Notes: generated from the sequence alone by a model not told the origin. A stretch of DNA of 64,000 nt from Octopus vulgaris (GCA_951406725.2 OX597830.1:75640001-75704000); one strand, 5' to 3'; positions 1-15,326 are shown, counted from the stretch's first letter. Numbers and translations: made by a program.

Positions 1-37
1 TGTATGTATATACTTTTATTCTTTATACATTTATTTG

Positions 38-265
38 ATTTAGCCACTTGAATGCAACCATGCCTGAGCACCACATTAAATGGTTTTAGTCGAAGAAATT
101 GACCCTAGGACTTATTCTTTGTAACCCTAGTACTTATTCTGTGGGTCTCTCATGCAGAACCACTAGATTACGGGGACGAAAGCACATCAGTATTGATTGC
201 CAAGCGATGGTGGGTCGGGAAAACGATCATAGTCACAGAGACACATAAATATATACATTTATTTA

Positions 266-300
<35 letters not shown>

Positions 301-462
301 GACGGGCTTCTTTCTGTTTCCGTCTACCAAATCCACTCACAAGGGTGTGGTCGGCCCGTGCCTATGTTAGAAGACACGTGTCCAAGATGCCAGGCAGTAA
401 AACTGAACCTGGAAACATATGGCTGGGAAGCAAGATTCTTACCACACGAATACACCGGCGCC
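38..462 (-). mobile_element. tRNA-derived SINE, family A (CORE-like CCTTGGGCAAGT domain, internal TA/CA microsatellite), diverged full-length copy
   Basis: Aligns by eye with 28638-29043 (gacgggcttctttc.gtttccgtctaccaaatccactcacaagg...agaagacac.tg.ccaag.tgcca); tRNA-like head on the minus strand. Confidence 0.8.
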
Positions 463-465
463 TAT

Positions 466-498
<33 letters not shown>

Positions 499-520
499 TA
501 TTCTCATATATATATATATG

Positions 521-576
<56 letters not shown>

Positions 577-587
577 CATATATATAA

Positions 588-621
<34 letters not shown>

Positions 622-1712
622 ATAAATATATATATATATATATATATTGATATATATTATATATATATATATATGTATGTATACGTATATACATATATGC
701 ATATACATATATATATATAAATATATACATATGCATATATATATATATTAATATATATGTGTGTGTGTGTATACATATACGTATACATATACATATATAT
801 ACATATATATGTGTGTGTGTGTGTTTGTGTATTAGCAAATGTATACGCGTAGGTCTTCGTGAGGTCTTGTGTTGGTCCGTGTGAATGAGAAACTGCGCGC
901 GTGCGTAGTGTTGGCGATTGTATGCGTCTTGTAATAGAATTATGTCAAAAATTATATTCTTGACTTCAACTTTGTTTACAGCTCCATTAAATTTAGTTTG
1001 GAAACTTGGTATCTATAAATCAATCAGGTGATAGATCGATAAACCATATAGATAGCTAGATAGATCGATTGATAGATAGACAGATAAATCGATAGATAGG
1101 TAGATACAGAAATGGATAAAAACACAGACTGGTTGGTAGCTTCATAGCTACTATTACTGTACTCAGATATTTTGTTTTATAGATGCATACACACGCACAC
1201 ACACACACACACGCACACACACACACACACACGCACAAACACACATACGCACACACATACGCACATGCACAAGCGCGCGCATAAGTACATACACATACAC
1301 ACGAGAGCACGGACGCACACATATGTATACGTACACACACATATACTTTCAGACATTTGAGCATGTACACACATACTCATCTCTGTGTGTGTGAGCATAT
1401 ATGTATTCCTGTGTGCGCGACTAAGTATAACGTCAGTTCTAAAACCTAGATTATTTTGCATGGTAACATTCCAACACATATATACATATACATATACGTA
1501 AATAAACACACACATATATATATACACATCCACACATATATATGTTTGTGCGTGTGTGTTCGTGAGTGTGTACCTATGTGTGTGTGTGTGTATATATATA
1601 TATATCACTTTCATGCGAACACACAAGCATGCCTATACTATATGCACACATATGTTTCCCACGTGTATGTAAATATGCATGTATGTATATATATATATAT
1701 ATATATTCGTAT

Positions 1713-1773
<61 letters not shown>

Positions 1774-2150
1774 TATATACATGCATGTATGTATATATAT
1801 TACGTACGTATGTGCATGTATGTGTGCATGTGTGCACGCGGTTTCGTCTCTGCATGTAACTGCTCTTTCTGATCATGTATATATAAATGTGTATATTTAT
1901 ATCAGAGGGCACACTCGTATTCAACAGATATATATGTGTGTGTATGCGTGTGCGTGTATGTATGCATATATATAGATATATATATAGATATATATACATA
2001 CACAAATAGATATTTCTGTGTGTACTGTGTTTGTTGCTATGTGTCTGTGCATTTGTATATGTGTGTATGTATATACATGTATGTATGTATGTATGTATGT
2101 TTATATGAATGTATGTATGTATGTACGTATGTATGCATGCAGAAAAACAT
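463..2150. repeat. Compound (TA)n/(CA)n/(TACA)n/(GATA)n microsatellite field
   Basis: Directly visible simple repeats; source of the YIYI/HTHT ORFs. Confidence 0.95.
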
Positions 2151-2975
2151 ACAGTGAGACTCTGAAGAGAAAAATTGATCGAGAGCTAAAAAGAGATCGA
2201 GAGAGAGAGAGAAATAGATAAAAAGATACAAAGACAGAGAGGCGGGCGAAAAAAAGAGAGAGTGAGACAGAGAGACGGACAGTGAGAGAGAAAGAGAGAA
2301 AGTGAGAGAGAGAGCTTCTAAGCAAAAACAGAATGTGAAAGATCATGTTACCAACCATATAATTATTTATTTAATGGAAAAATGCTTTTTTTATTGCTAT
2401 GCTTTATTATTCCATTTTAAAAGTAAAATACAAACCTACGTTTTTAATATGGCATCTGTTATATTTTCCTTACTCTTCTTCTGTTTTGCTTTTACTTTGC
2501 TTTTCTTTTCACTGGTTTCAGCCAGAGGCTCTGATCTTGCTGGGGCGCCACCTTTAGTGTGAATGAGTTTTATTCCAGATTCTTTACCAGGCCCTCTCTT
2601 CGGAACTGTTTCTGGTAAACTAGCGTGTTGAATAGAGCTACTCATGTTTATGTTCCTTGTTACGATGAGGGTTCATTTGCTACCATAGATAAAAATTTGT
2701 TGAATTTTTTTTTTGTAAACTGAACCACATCTACACTTTCCAGATCTCTGACGTTGCTTGGCAAAGTACTGAAAATCTGTAGGCCATTGGGTCCTAATCT
2801 GTTACAGTACTTGGTCTTTACTGTAGATAGAAGGAAGTGAATATTTGGTACTATGCAATGCTGCTCGTTGCGTTAGTTTGTACAACTTTCAGTCCCAATG
2901 TTTGAAGCTAGAGCTTATAGAATTTCTCATGTATACACACACACAAACACAAACACACACACAAACACACACACA

Positions 2976-3172
2976 TACGAAGGGGTGCTGAAAGTACTTG
3001 GCTTTGATTGTATTGCGGAAGGCCTGGCTGGAAGTCCAACCTTCCGAGTACAGACTGAAGGACCGCTGAAACAAGCGTGCGAATCCGAAAGGGGAGTATA
3101 TTGAATAGCAGCATAATCAACTAATCCTCTGGTATTTCCTTTAACCAGGGACTTTTCAGGCCCTCCTTGTAT
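2976..3172. mobile_element. Tc1/mariner-type MITE (~195 bp)
   Basis: Imperfect terminal inverted repeats TAcgaaggggtgctgaaagtacttggct ... aaccagggacttttcaggccctccttgTA with TA at both ends; no coding capacity. Confidence 0.7.
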
Positions 3173-3395
3173 ATACGTACATACATACATACATACATAC
3201 ATACATGATGGCTGCCCCCTCGTTATCGAGTATGGCTATTACATACATACAGAAGGAATTACAAAGGGAGAGTATGAGTTTTGAATCAATACTGTATGTT
3301 TTACCTGAATAAATAATACTTCTTATTTCTTTTTCTATCAATGCGTTCATCTAAATCTTACTTGTGACCTGATAAACGCTTGTTTTCTTTCACAG

Positions 3396-3436
3396 ATTAT
3401 TCTTACGCAATTTATAGCGTGATGAATGAGGAAAAG
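3396..3436 (+). other. Candidate 41-nt internal exon (phase 1 to 0, xDYSYAIYSVMNEEK)
   Basis: Possible branch point ctgataaac, polypyrimidine acceptor ttgttttctttcacAG, donor AAG|GTtaat; only one of three frames is open. Confidence 0.3.
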
Positions 3437-4484
3437 GTTAATGATTGATATATCTCACTCAAAGCAACCCTGAAAGTAGCTGATTACATTTTATTATATT
3501 TTTTCTTTGAAAAATGAAATAATAACAGAATTGACCTGAATGCAAAGGGAATGGGTAGAGAGAAGAAAGAGACAGAATATGAATGTTTTTCAAAAGCTTA
3601 ATCCGGTCTATATGGTATATAAATGTCTGAGATTACAGCACTTACCTCGTCTCGCCTAAACGGGATTCCGTTCAGTCACAAGGTGAACTTCTTAGCTTTT
3701 GCTGAATCTTCTTCATAGCTGAGTAAACAGGAGTAACGTGAAATGAAATGTGTTGCTTAAGAACGCTTCGCATTTCTTGTTCCGGAAAACGAAACCACAA
3801 CCTTACGATTGAGGGAGTAATACTCTGACCATTAGGTCATAAGCCTTCAGTGAAATATTAATTGTCAGAGAAGATTTCATGTACGAACACTTCACCGTCT
3901 ATTTTTCTTTATGCATCATCAAAAACGTCATTGGCGTCAGCTTGGAAGCAAGATCTTTTACCTAATTACATCTAGTCACTAACGATATATATGGAAGCTA
4001 TGAGGTTGACCAGGATATCCAGAATGCTCTTACATTCGTTTCTTCAGTCACCTGGATCGATAATGTATAAGTGTGCTTTGGAAAACAGCTTGGATCTTGA
4101 TTTAGAAACGATCTTCCATGAACCATCTTGTAATTCGATAATTTCTTCGTCGTCTGGTGGATCACATGCTCTGAGAAAAACTGAATGCGAACAGAAATAA
4201 TCTTCAGATTCAAAGAAAAGAAGAAAAAGGATATAAAAATGTACTACTACATGTATGGTACTGAAAAGGCCGATAGGTGTGTTGATAGGGAGAAGTGTAA
4301 AGATGTTGGCAGATAGATTTTTCATTATTGGAACACATGACTGCAACGAGAAGCAGCGTGAATTTTCGTTCACTAATTTGATGTGGAGTCCACACACATT
4401 TTCCGAATGTTGTGGTTAATTAATACACAAACTGCGATGTGCTTTTAATATATACGATAAATGATCCTGTCTACTAAAGAAACA

Positions 4485-4665
4485 GAGACTAAAATTTGTG
4501 GGGAGGGAGCTAGTCAATTATAAGGATACTAGCGTTCAACTGGTTCTTATTTTATCGAAACCCGAAAAAATGGAAGGATGACTTCAGTGGAATTTGACCA
4601 CCGATTAAAAAGCCGGAAAAAACGACGTTACGTATCTTGTCCGGCGTGTTAACGCGTCTGCCAGC
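4485..4665 (-). mobile_element. SINE family B (Nin/Deu-like domain), degraded
   Basis: Similar to 63087-63309 (caactggt.cttattttatcga..cccgaaa...ccggcgtg.taacg..tctgccagc). Confidence 0.6.
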
Positions 4666-5189
4666 ACTCTGCTGTAATTCTCTTACTTGTATAATTATCC
4701 TTATATAACAATCTAGGGTCGGTTTGTAAGTGAAGTGAGAGGTTACATACGTGAGGAAAGCATATTTGTTTAAAGAAATGTTGAATATTGTATTTACAAA
4801 TTTTAATATGATGTATGATTCAATATTAATTTGGTTAACAGAATTTTAATAAATGCCTTTTTATTGATTATTTGTAAACGGAAAGATGTGCCCTTTACGG
4901 AAGCATATATTAAAAACAAAATATACATTCATACATAAACAAACAATATATACATACATACATAATATATTATAGGGATATAGAAACTCGTATGCGTTTA
5001 CATACATGCACATAAACACACATTCACGCATATATATACATGCTTATATATATATAAGGCATATACATACACATATATATAATATATAGTACACATATAC
5101 ATATAGGCATACATAAATATATATTCTTCTATATGTATGCAAGCATATGTATATGTGTATGAGTCCACATATGTATATATATATATAAA

Positions 5190-5282
5190 GTTAATCCAAA
5201 CAAGAAAACAAAAAAGACAACAACGCAAGGAGGTGGAACAATTAAAGTATTATTAGGCGCTCAGGAAAAAAGGGAAGAAGGA
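5190..5282 (-). mobile_element. Fragment of a short TA-embedded repeat related to 53292-53470
   Basis: Reverse complement contains ttcctgagcgcctaataatact...gtctttttt gttttcttg, matching ttcctgagcgttatactaatac...gtcttttgttttcttcg at ~53390-53460. Confidence 0.45.
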
Positions 5283-5337
5283 GATATATATATATATACA
5301 CCATACATCTAAAACAGATATGTTTTCACTTTACCAG

Positions 5338-5352
5338 TGAATGATCACAAAG
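5338..5352 (+). other. Candidate 15-nt micro-exon (TGAATGATCACAAAG)
   Basis: Acceptor ttttcactttaccAG and consensus donor AAG|GTAAGA; length is a multiple of 3. Confidence 0.35.
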
Positions 5353-6409
5353 GTAAGAAAGTACGTCATCTGTCTTTATTCTACACACATTTTCATAGCA
5401 ATATGTACATATACATACATAAACATATATATATATATATATATACGTAGATATATAAGCTAACATTAAGTGAGCACAGAAGGTTTAAAATGAGAAAACT
5501 TAGAGCTTTCCACATCTGTGTGTTGTTTTACATCTTTTTTCTTCTGTTTCACTTCATTTTTCTTTCTATTTTTTTTTTCCTTACTTTCAACGTGTGTCTC
5601 TCAGACTATGTATGCATATGCACTTAGTTTAAAATATGCAAATATATTCTTTGATCAACCTTAGGTTAATCATCATTTAATTAATTGTTTAACTGTTTAA
5701 TAACATCTAAACATAGCCGCAAAGAAAAAAGTCCACCATTACAGCACATTTTACAAATTTATACGAATTTAAAAAAATAATATTAAAAATCCATATTCTT
5801 TTAATAGATTTTCATAATATTATATTTTTTTTATATTCAGCCGTCTTTAATTATTTGCATTAATTTTATTTTGTAAAAAAAACAACAAATGTTTCTGCTC
5901 TTAATTCTTTTTTTTTATCAATTATATATTTTTTATAAATTTCATTTATTAACAATTTCTATTTAATAAAAACAAATTATTTTTTTCAAATTTTGTTCAA
6001 TATTGTTTTATTTTTCGTTTTCGTATTTTATTTTATATTTATCCTTATTGTTGTTGTTATTGTTTCGCTGTTTTGTTGTTTTTTTTTTTGGTTTTTTTGT
6101 TTTTGTTTTTCTTTTGTACCAATATCTGCTCTGTAATCAATGTTTTCTGTGTAGTTATTGTGGGAAAATATTCCTGAAGATGGTTTGAATCGAAGAAGAG
6201 TGTTTTGATAAATTGAATGTCATATTTTGAAGCGTTGTTTTTTTTTAAAAAGAAAAAAACACATACTGTTGCAGCTGCTGCTGCTGATATAGTTGCTTGT
6301 GGTAGTGTCGGTGGTGACGAGGACGGATGCGGTGATGACAACGATGATGATGATAATGATATTAACAATGATACTAGTGTTACTAACATTAACTGTAATA
6401 AGTATACGA

Positions 6410-6677
6410 CAAAGAAGAAGAAAAAGAAGAAGAAGAGGACGAAGAAGAGGACGAAGAAGAGGAGGAGGAAGAGGAAGAAGAAGGGGAGGATGAAGAAGAA
6501 GAAGGAGAAGGAGAAGAAGAAGAAGAAGAAGAAGAAGAAAGAGGAAGAAGAAGGAGAAGAAGAAGAAGAAGAAGAAGAAGAAGAAAGAGAAAGAAGAAGA
6601 AGAAGAAGAAGAAGAAGAAGAAGAAGAAGAAGAAGAAGAAGAAGAAGAAGAAGAAGAAGAAGAAGAAGAAGAAGAAG

Positions 6678-6709
<32 letters not shown>

Positions 6710-6819
6710 GAAGAAGAAGAAGAAGAAGAAGAAGAAGAAGAAGGAGAAGAAGAAGAAGAAGAAGAAGAAGAAGAGAAAGACGAGGAAGAAGAACATCAAT
6801 AACAACAACAACACGGATC

Positions 6820-6887
<68 letters not shown>

Positions 6888-8167
6888 GTGATTTCTCCTA
6901 TTTGCCACGGCGGTCTCAGATCGGCAGTAATACCAACGATAATACTGGTGATAGAATGAATAATGATGGCTGTGGTCAAAACACTGTAAGTGATATTTCC
7001 CCTGGCTATGCCGACAGCGTTTCTCATTCACGTGACGGTGATGAGAGGAGTGTTGACGATCATGTTCATGATGATCATGACGACGACGACGGTGATGATG
7101 ATGATGAGGAGGAGGTGGACTTGGAAGTAAGTTACTTGAAGGCAGTGCCGATAAAGAAGATGGCGACGTTGTTAATATTGTTGATGCTGGTTTGTGATGA
7201 CGAAACTGTTCAGAATGATGCTGGTATTTATCTGGATGATGACAGCAGAGACGATGATAATATAGTTGGTGATGAATGATTGGGGAGATAGCGATAATGG
7301 TGATGGAGATGGTGATAATAGCGATGATATGGAATAAGATTTTATAGAAAGATTATCACTTTTAGCCTTTGTTTACGTGCGCGATGTGCAGCCAAAGGAT
7401 GACGCTGACAGGCGGAATATATAATTATGGAAAACAAGAACGAGACTATGGCGTCGATAACGATGACGATGACGACGACGACGACGACGATAATGATGGA
7501 GTAGAAAATGAAGAAGAAGAGAAAAGAAGAAATGAAAAGAAGAAGACGAAGAAGAGGGAAGTGTGGGTGAGAAGAAGAAGAAGAAGAAGAAGAAGGAGAG
7601 GGAAAGAGATGGAGGAGGAGGAGGAAGAAGAAGAAGAAGAAGAAGAAGAAGAAGAAGAAGGAGATGGGGAAAGAGATGGAGGAGGAGGAGAAAAAGAAGA
7701 AGAAGAAGAAGAAGAAGAAACATGAAGATGAGGAGGAGGAAAAGGAGGAGAAAGAGATGAGGCCTAGAAGGAAGAAAAACAAGAAAAAAGTTGAAAAAGA
7801 CGGAGAAAAGAAGGAGAAAAGGAGAAAAAGGAAAGAGGAAAAGAAAGAATAGGAAAAGAAAGAAAAGAAGATGAAAAAGAAAGAAAGAAAAAGCGGAAGA
7901 AGAAAAGATGAAGAGGAGATATGGTAGAGAAAAAGAGGTGTAGGAACGGGTGGGTGGATGATGAGAAAAAAGAAAGTGAAGAATAAGGAGTAGAAAGAAG
8001 AAGAAGCTGAAGAAGAAAAGGAGAGAAAGGAAAGGTGAGGAAAGACGGAAGAGATGGATGGAAGAAGAAAAAGAAAAAAATGAGGAGGAGGGAAGGAGGA
8101 GAAGGAGGAAGGGGAGTATGTAGGTTGGAAAGAAACGATTAATCTTTGACCGCCCAACGTTAACCAA

Positions 8168-8200
<33 letters not shown>
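6410..8200. repeat. (GAA)n/(GAG)n/(GAT)n trinucleotide and polypurine field
   Basis: Directly visible. Confidence 0.95.
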
Positions 8201-8205
<5 letters not shown>

Positions 8206-8613
8206 CATCTGTAGGCATGTCAGAAAAGCAGGGCTTCTGAAATTACGCATTAGAAGTTATGCTAGCATTGTAAATTCCTGCAGAAAAAAAAAATAATGAT
8301 GATGCAAATATAGAAGAAAAAAATGTTCTTTAAATGACAAGTGATTCTACTCTTGATACGCCGATCCACACAGACAGAGAATGCACGTTTAATCGACCTG
8401 ATATTGTTCTCAAGGACCGACATTAAAGGAAGTGCTTTCTAATGAATGTATCTGTCGCAACAGACGATATCAATTATAAAGCGAAATTATGAATTGGAAA
8501 CAGAATTCCTTTAATAATAACAAGTAACTTGGTAAAAAAAAAAATTAAAAAGCTGATTAATAAATATACAGTTAAAACGTCCAGAAATTGCATATATGCT
8601 CAAAGTGCATGGT

Positions 8614-8928
8614 GGAGGCGCCATGGCCCAGTGGTTAGGTTAGCGGACTCGCGTTCGGAGGATCGCGGTTTCGATTCCCAGACCGAACGTTGTGTGTGCT
8701 TATTGACTGAAAACACCTAAAAGCTCCACGAAGCTCCGACTGGGGGTGGTGGTGACCCCTGTTGTACTCTTTCGCCACAACTTTCTCTCACTCTCTCTTC
8801 CAGTTTCTTGAGTAACGCTGCGATGTACTGGCGTCCGGTCCAGCTGGGGGGAACACATACGCCACAGAAACCGGGAAACCGGGGCCATGAGCTTCGCTAG
8901 GCTTGAATAGGGCGAAGTTTATCGTTTA
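8614..8928 (+). mobile_element. tRNA-derived SINE, OR2-like (OR head + V-domain-like tail)
   Basis: A box TGGCCCAGTGG, B box GTTTCGATTCC, tail gcgatg.actggcgtcc.gtccag...cagaaaccggga; probable TSD tcaaagtgca at 8600-8609 and 8929-8938. Confidence 0.85.
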
Positions 8929-9027
8929 TCAAAGTGCAGGAAGACAGTAATACATGGCACTGCGTACACATATACACATACACCCTCACACACACACACT
9001 CATACATACCCATACTCGCACGTTATA

Positions 9028-9150
9028 TATGGCTACGTGGTTAAGAAACTGGCTTTGCAGCCCTGTGGATTCATGTTCTTTTTCCCACTATGGCATGTTG
9101 GGAAAGCGTCTTTTACTATAGCCCCAAGCCGAATAATGCCATTTTTAGTG
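9028..9150 (+). mobile_element. Degraded 5' part of SINE family A
   Basis: tggctacgtggttaagaa...cccactatggcatgttgggaaagcgtcttttactatagccccaagccga. Confidence 0.55.
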
Positions 9151-9246
9151 AAATCGAAGAACTCGGCATAACCGTATGTATGACGAAATGCTTGGACCAA
9201 AAGAACATAGAAATACCAGATACTGTAGATTGTACGCTTATGGTAT

Positions 9247-10899
9247 TGTAGTAGCGTAGTTCGTTACGTACAATAAACCAGACAACGATAACAACAATAT
9301 AACGAACTAACAAATCTCTTTACGAACCAATAATCAATATTTCTTCTGAACTAACCAACCGACACCTTCCAACGTCACTGCGAACTAACACGAACTTCTC
9401 TCGACTCTGAACTCTCTGAAACCTCGAACTCACTCGGATCGTTACTATTCATACTTTACTCGGACCAATCTAGTTCTCGCAAGAGGGCGTCGTAACTCTC
9501 ATCACATCATTTCCACTTTTGAGATTTCAACTACAGTGAGAAAGTGAAATTACTTTTATTTTTTCTTTCCAGCACTTTTCCCACTTTTTTTTATAGCTGT
9601 TGTATCTTAATTGTTGCGCGACTTTTAAAGTGGTATTGTTCGTTGCACACAGCAATTTTTCTCTTCGTTGCACTAAGCACTCCTTTGGGGAGGGATTTAA
9701 TACATTTTAGTTTTAGGTATTACCTCCAGATATTCAGTCTGTTTTCGTTTTCCGAAGCTACTTCTACGGGGTTCAATATCTCTCGGTGCTGGCACTTCAA
9801 ACATATCATAGAATACTTCCATTGGTATTACCCTTCGTTCTTCTGTATGTCTCATCTTTAACTGGTTAAGATGTCTCTTATGTTCCCAACGTTGTCCTTC
9901 AATTAAATACATCATGTTACCTAATCTTTTGATTACACAACCACCCTCTCAACCTTCTTTACCATTTTTGTAATTTTAAAATGGAACTCGATATGTTTTG
10001 CAATATTTCTTGTATTTCCTTCAAATGTATCTTTTGTCTTACCTTTATATGTATTTTTTCCTAGCAATAATTTATCGAAGATCGATTTTATGCGCGATCA
10101 TTAAGTCTGCTGGTGACTTGCTTGAATTGGTATTTGGATTTGACGTCATTCTGTATGCTTTCCAAACGTTCGTTATTATCATTGGGTTGTTTGGGCAATA
10201 TGAATTTACAATAACTTTCATGCCCTAACGTAGATAATTTTCGCAATAACCATTTCACTCTGTTCCTCCAACCATGGTTTGCAATCTTGCTTAAAAACCT
10301 CCTCTTACCTTCTTTACTACGATGTAAAAGTTATACCCTCCTCTGGGTTATAACTAATTCTTTAATCGAGTTCGAAACTCCGTCTGGCGAAAACGAACTT
10401 ACCTCAATTTTTAAACTTCTTTGAATATAGCTCCAATAATTCTTGTAGTAGTTGTTGTTGCAACTGTACAATGAAACCTATTAGGTTTTCCATTATTTAA
10501 CATCTTGTATCGCCAACAAACTGTTAAATAACCTACGTGAGTTTCGAAACCCTCGTTGCTAGATGTAGTAACGTAGTTTATTACGTACAATAAATAAGAT
10601 AACCAGACAACGGTAACAACAACTTAACGAACTAACAAATCTTTTTGCTAACCAACAATCAGTATTCCTTGTGAACTAACAGACAATTTCCGACTTCACT
10701 GCGAACTAACACGAAATTCACTCAACTCAAAATTCTGAACTCTTGAACTCACTCGGATCGATACTATTTATACTTTATTCAGACCAGTCTATCTCTCGGA
10801 AGGGTTCTATCTCATGCAAGGTAACTCTCTTTCACAATAAACAAATAAATTGAACCAAGTCATGTTCCTTGAAACATTTCTACTGTTTCAAAATTAACA
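9247..10899 (-). mobile_element. Internally deleted Ty3/Gypsy LTR retrotransposon
   Basis: Diverged direct repeats 9247-9535 (TGTAGT...ACTACA) and 10564-~10899. PBS-like TCTAGCAACGAGGG next to the right LTR on the minus strand. Decayed gag N-terminus (SFSPDGVSNSIKE...VKWLLRKL, ~10230-10510) abuts the integrase C-terminus (SIFDKLL...MYLIEGQRWEHKRHLNQL, 9697-10180). Confidence 0.75.
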
Positions 10900-11298
10900 G
10901 TCGAAAGTGGAAGGTTTTATATAATTCGCTTCGCAACTATGGTGTCCGGAAAACCATTTCCCTTGCGTAGTATTTTGGGCATGTATCTGTACATTAACAT
11001 CAGCTTCAGGAGCCAAAATAGGTGGATGGTGTCCGCGAAGAAACCTGCCGGATAGACTATACTAATGATCCCAAGGGTTCTTAGTTGACAGTACGTAAAG
11101 GGTACACCTACAGCGGACAATTCAACCACTGTGCGCAGTAATTCAGTGAGTTGGTCAAACAACTGGACGATCGACCATCAAAATCGGTAGCAAGATTCAT
11201 TACATATACACAATATATACACACATACATATGCACATACACACACACACACAAGATATATGCATATATACATATACATATGCATACACACAGACACA

Positions 11299-11354
<56 letters not shown>

Positions 11355-11464
11355 AACACGTATGCACACATGCGCCAGTCCCCCTTTCGAACAATGGGGA
11401 ACTTTGGTCAGTACATTTAGCCAGCAGGTTGGCTTTATCCGAAGGTTAAAACCATGCAAAGTGC

Positions 11465-11805
11465 ATTGTCACCAACATCTGATAGCATGGTCTGGTCCAC
11501 CTCTACAGAGTTTCGGGTTCAATCCCACTGCAAGGCAGTTTATGTCAGTGCTTTCACCACAGCTTCTGGCTTTATAAATACTTTGTAAGTGACATTTGAT
11601 GAATGCGCACTGTCACCAACATCTGATAGTCAGGCCGGTCATGTGGTCACATATGTAATGCACGTAAGTATGGATGTGTGTTTATAGCATGCGCCTCCAC
11701 CGCTACAAACTTTCGGGTTCAATCCCACCGCAAGGCAGTTTACATCAGTGATTTCACCACAGCTTCTGCTTTTATAAACACTTTGTGAGTGACATCTGAT
11801 GAATA
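11465..11805 (+). repeat. ~200-bp-period tandem duplication of a degenerate SINE fragment
   Basis: ttcgggttcaatcccac.gcaaggcagttta..tcagtg.tttcaccacagcttctg...gtgacat.tgatgaat at ~11512-11603 and ~11712-11803; tgtcaccaacatctgatag also occurs twice. Confidence 0.75.
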
Positions 11806-12470
11806 AACCTACGTAGAAAGTATTTGTGGGGTTTGTAAACATAACCCCCTGTCCTGTTTACAAACAACTTCATGGTTCATGGTTGACTTTAGTTCAGTTC
11901 CATTGTTTTGTAATCATTCGCTTTAAATTTCCTTCTGAGACTAATTTTCTGACTTTAAGCCTATCCATCACAGAAACCATAAAAACAGGTCCTCTGCACT
12001 GCTTTTTCCTATCTGTGACTAAACCACAAAAACATTTTCATTCTTTTTTTTTCAATAGCAAAACAACCAAAAACAATAAACACTAGTCACAACATTTTAT
12101 TAGCTTCCTTTTATTTCTAGATATACACGAAATTATTTCCAACAAAATCCATGCATGCATTTCGGATGAAGAGCTCTGCCTGGAATGTCAGAACTCAACT
12201 CTCCACGCAGAACACAAACGAATTTATTTTACAAATATTATTAATCGTTCATATTCTTTCCTATTTTTTATTGTTGTACATTTTCTTTTTCTGCAACAAA
12301 TACAGGAATTTTACAAACTATTTTTATTTTTATTTTTAATTTAAATTTAATTTTATTTATTATTATTTTTTTTGAGGGGGAAGCGAAATAAATATAATTG
12401 CTGTTAGTTTCTTTCTGTCACAGTTTTGTATTATTTATTGTTCTTAACATCATCATCATCATCATCGTTG

Positions 12471-12520
<50 letters not shown>

Positions 12521-12591
12521 GTCATCGTCGTCGTCATCATCATGTTTCTTTCGTATAATTATACTTATATTGATTTTTCTTATTTTTGATG

Positions 12592-12638
<47 letters not shown>

Positions 12639-12792
12639 CATAAACATCCAAATGCACACACACGCATACACGCACAGACACACACACACACACGCGCGCA
12701 CACGAAAACACATATATATATGCATAAATATTTATATATATATGTGTATATATATGTGTGTGTGTGTGTGTGTGCGTGTGTGTGCGTGTGTG

Positions 12793-12851
<59 letters not shown>

Positions 12852-13065
12852 TTCAGCGGTTGTAACTGTCCATGTATATATATATATACATTATATACAT
12901 ATGTATATATATATATATATGCAAATAATTGTACATATATATATATATAAGATATATATGTTATCAAACATATATAAGGCATAAAATATACATATATTTC
13001 TCATTATGTATCTGTAAAATATATACATTATATGCATAGGTATATATGTGTGCGCATTACATATG

Positions 13066-13111
<46 letters not shown>

Positions 13112-13273
13112 ATACAACAAAGAAATATTGAAATGGTTAGAGAGGGGTGGACGTGCTCAGATGCATGCATGCACAACCGTTCAGAAGGTAATTATTTCAA
13201 GTATGATGAGGTATAAAGGGGGTAGAAGGACGGGTGGATGCATAAACGCGCACGCACACACATATACACATGC

Positions 13274-13309
<36 letters not shown>

Positions 13310-13659
13310 GCGCGCATACCGTTGTTGTGATTACATCATAAATGAAATGTCATTTGATATTTATGATCAGAGATGAGTCGGTTCCAACGATTTTGGAATA
13401 ACGTTACATTGGATGAATTCTATGAAGAATCAACTGGAAATTAGGATGGGATTTTGTACACCCAGTAACATCCTCATATACACAGGTACCCCGACTACAA
13501 ACACGCGTACACGCACACAAACACGCACACATTCACACGCGCAGATACAGTCACAGAAATATTCATATAAATACACATGTATATACAACGAGAAATGTGC
13601 ATTTTTATAGATAAACAAAAACAGGCACACAAACAAAAGACTCTCTCTCTCTCTCTCTT

Positions 13660-14400
<741 letters not shown>

Positions 14401-14907
14401 TGTATAACAACACGAAATTGTGAAACGGTTACGTATAAATGCATACACGCATTCACAGGCTCACAAATACACAGAACCACGAGCACACTCTTCACGCACG
14501 CATGAATTCGCACACACACATACTTATAGATATTGACATGCATAAACATGCATACACACAAACACGCACACGCACACACATTCACAAACACACATACACA
14601 CACACGCACAAGCACGCACGCAAACACGCAGACACATATACACGCATGCACATACACACCCACATAGCTTTGTACAGATTTCTAAAGCCAACGCTATGAA
14701 ACATACACATGCGAACTGTCACATGAGCATACACGCATGCTCCCGCGCACATACACGCATGCGAATTTACAAAAGGCATGCGTACAGCGATCAGACACTT
14801 TTATATCAGAAAGTAATCAACAGGAGACACACATTCACACAACACACATACACATATATCCCCAACAACTAATTTCATACATATATATGTGTGTGTGTGT
14901 ATGTCTG

Positions 14908-14991
14908 TATATATATACAGATATATATATATATATACACACATATATCCACAAACACAAATATACATACATACATACATATATATACATA

Positions 14992-15071
<80 letters not shown>

Positions 15072-15118
15072 CAGATATATATATATATATATACACAAAT
15101 ATATCCACAAACACAAAT

Positions 15119-15151
<33 letters not shown>

Positions 15152-15155
15152 CATA

Positions 15156-15232
<77 letters not shown>
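14908..15232. repeat. ~155-bp tandem duplication of a compound microsatellite unit
   Basis: tatatacagatata...atccacaaacacaaatatacatac...ataccaatatata...tgtgtg occurs twice. Confidence 0.85.
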
Positions 15233-15233
<1 letters not shown>

Positions 15234-15326
15234 CATATAAGGAGGTGGTGAGAAAAGAACCGGAGTAGGACGCTGGCAAACACCAACACACACACATACG
15301 CACACAAACACACATAGACACATATA

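Noticed and set aside
3991-4397. Overlapping 61-117 aa ORFs in unique sequence
   Set aside because: No recognisable domain or consistent splice signals; possibly a very old retroelement remnant
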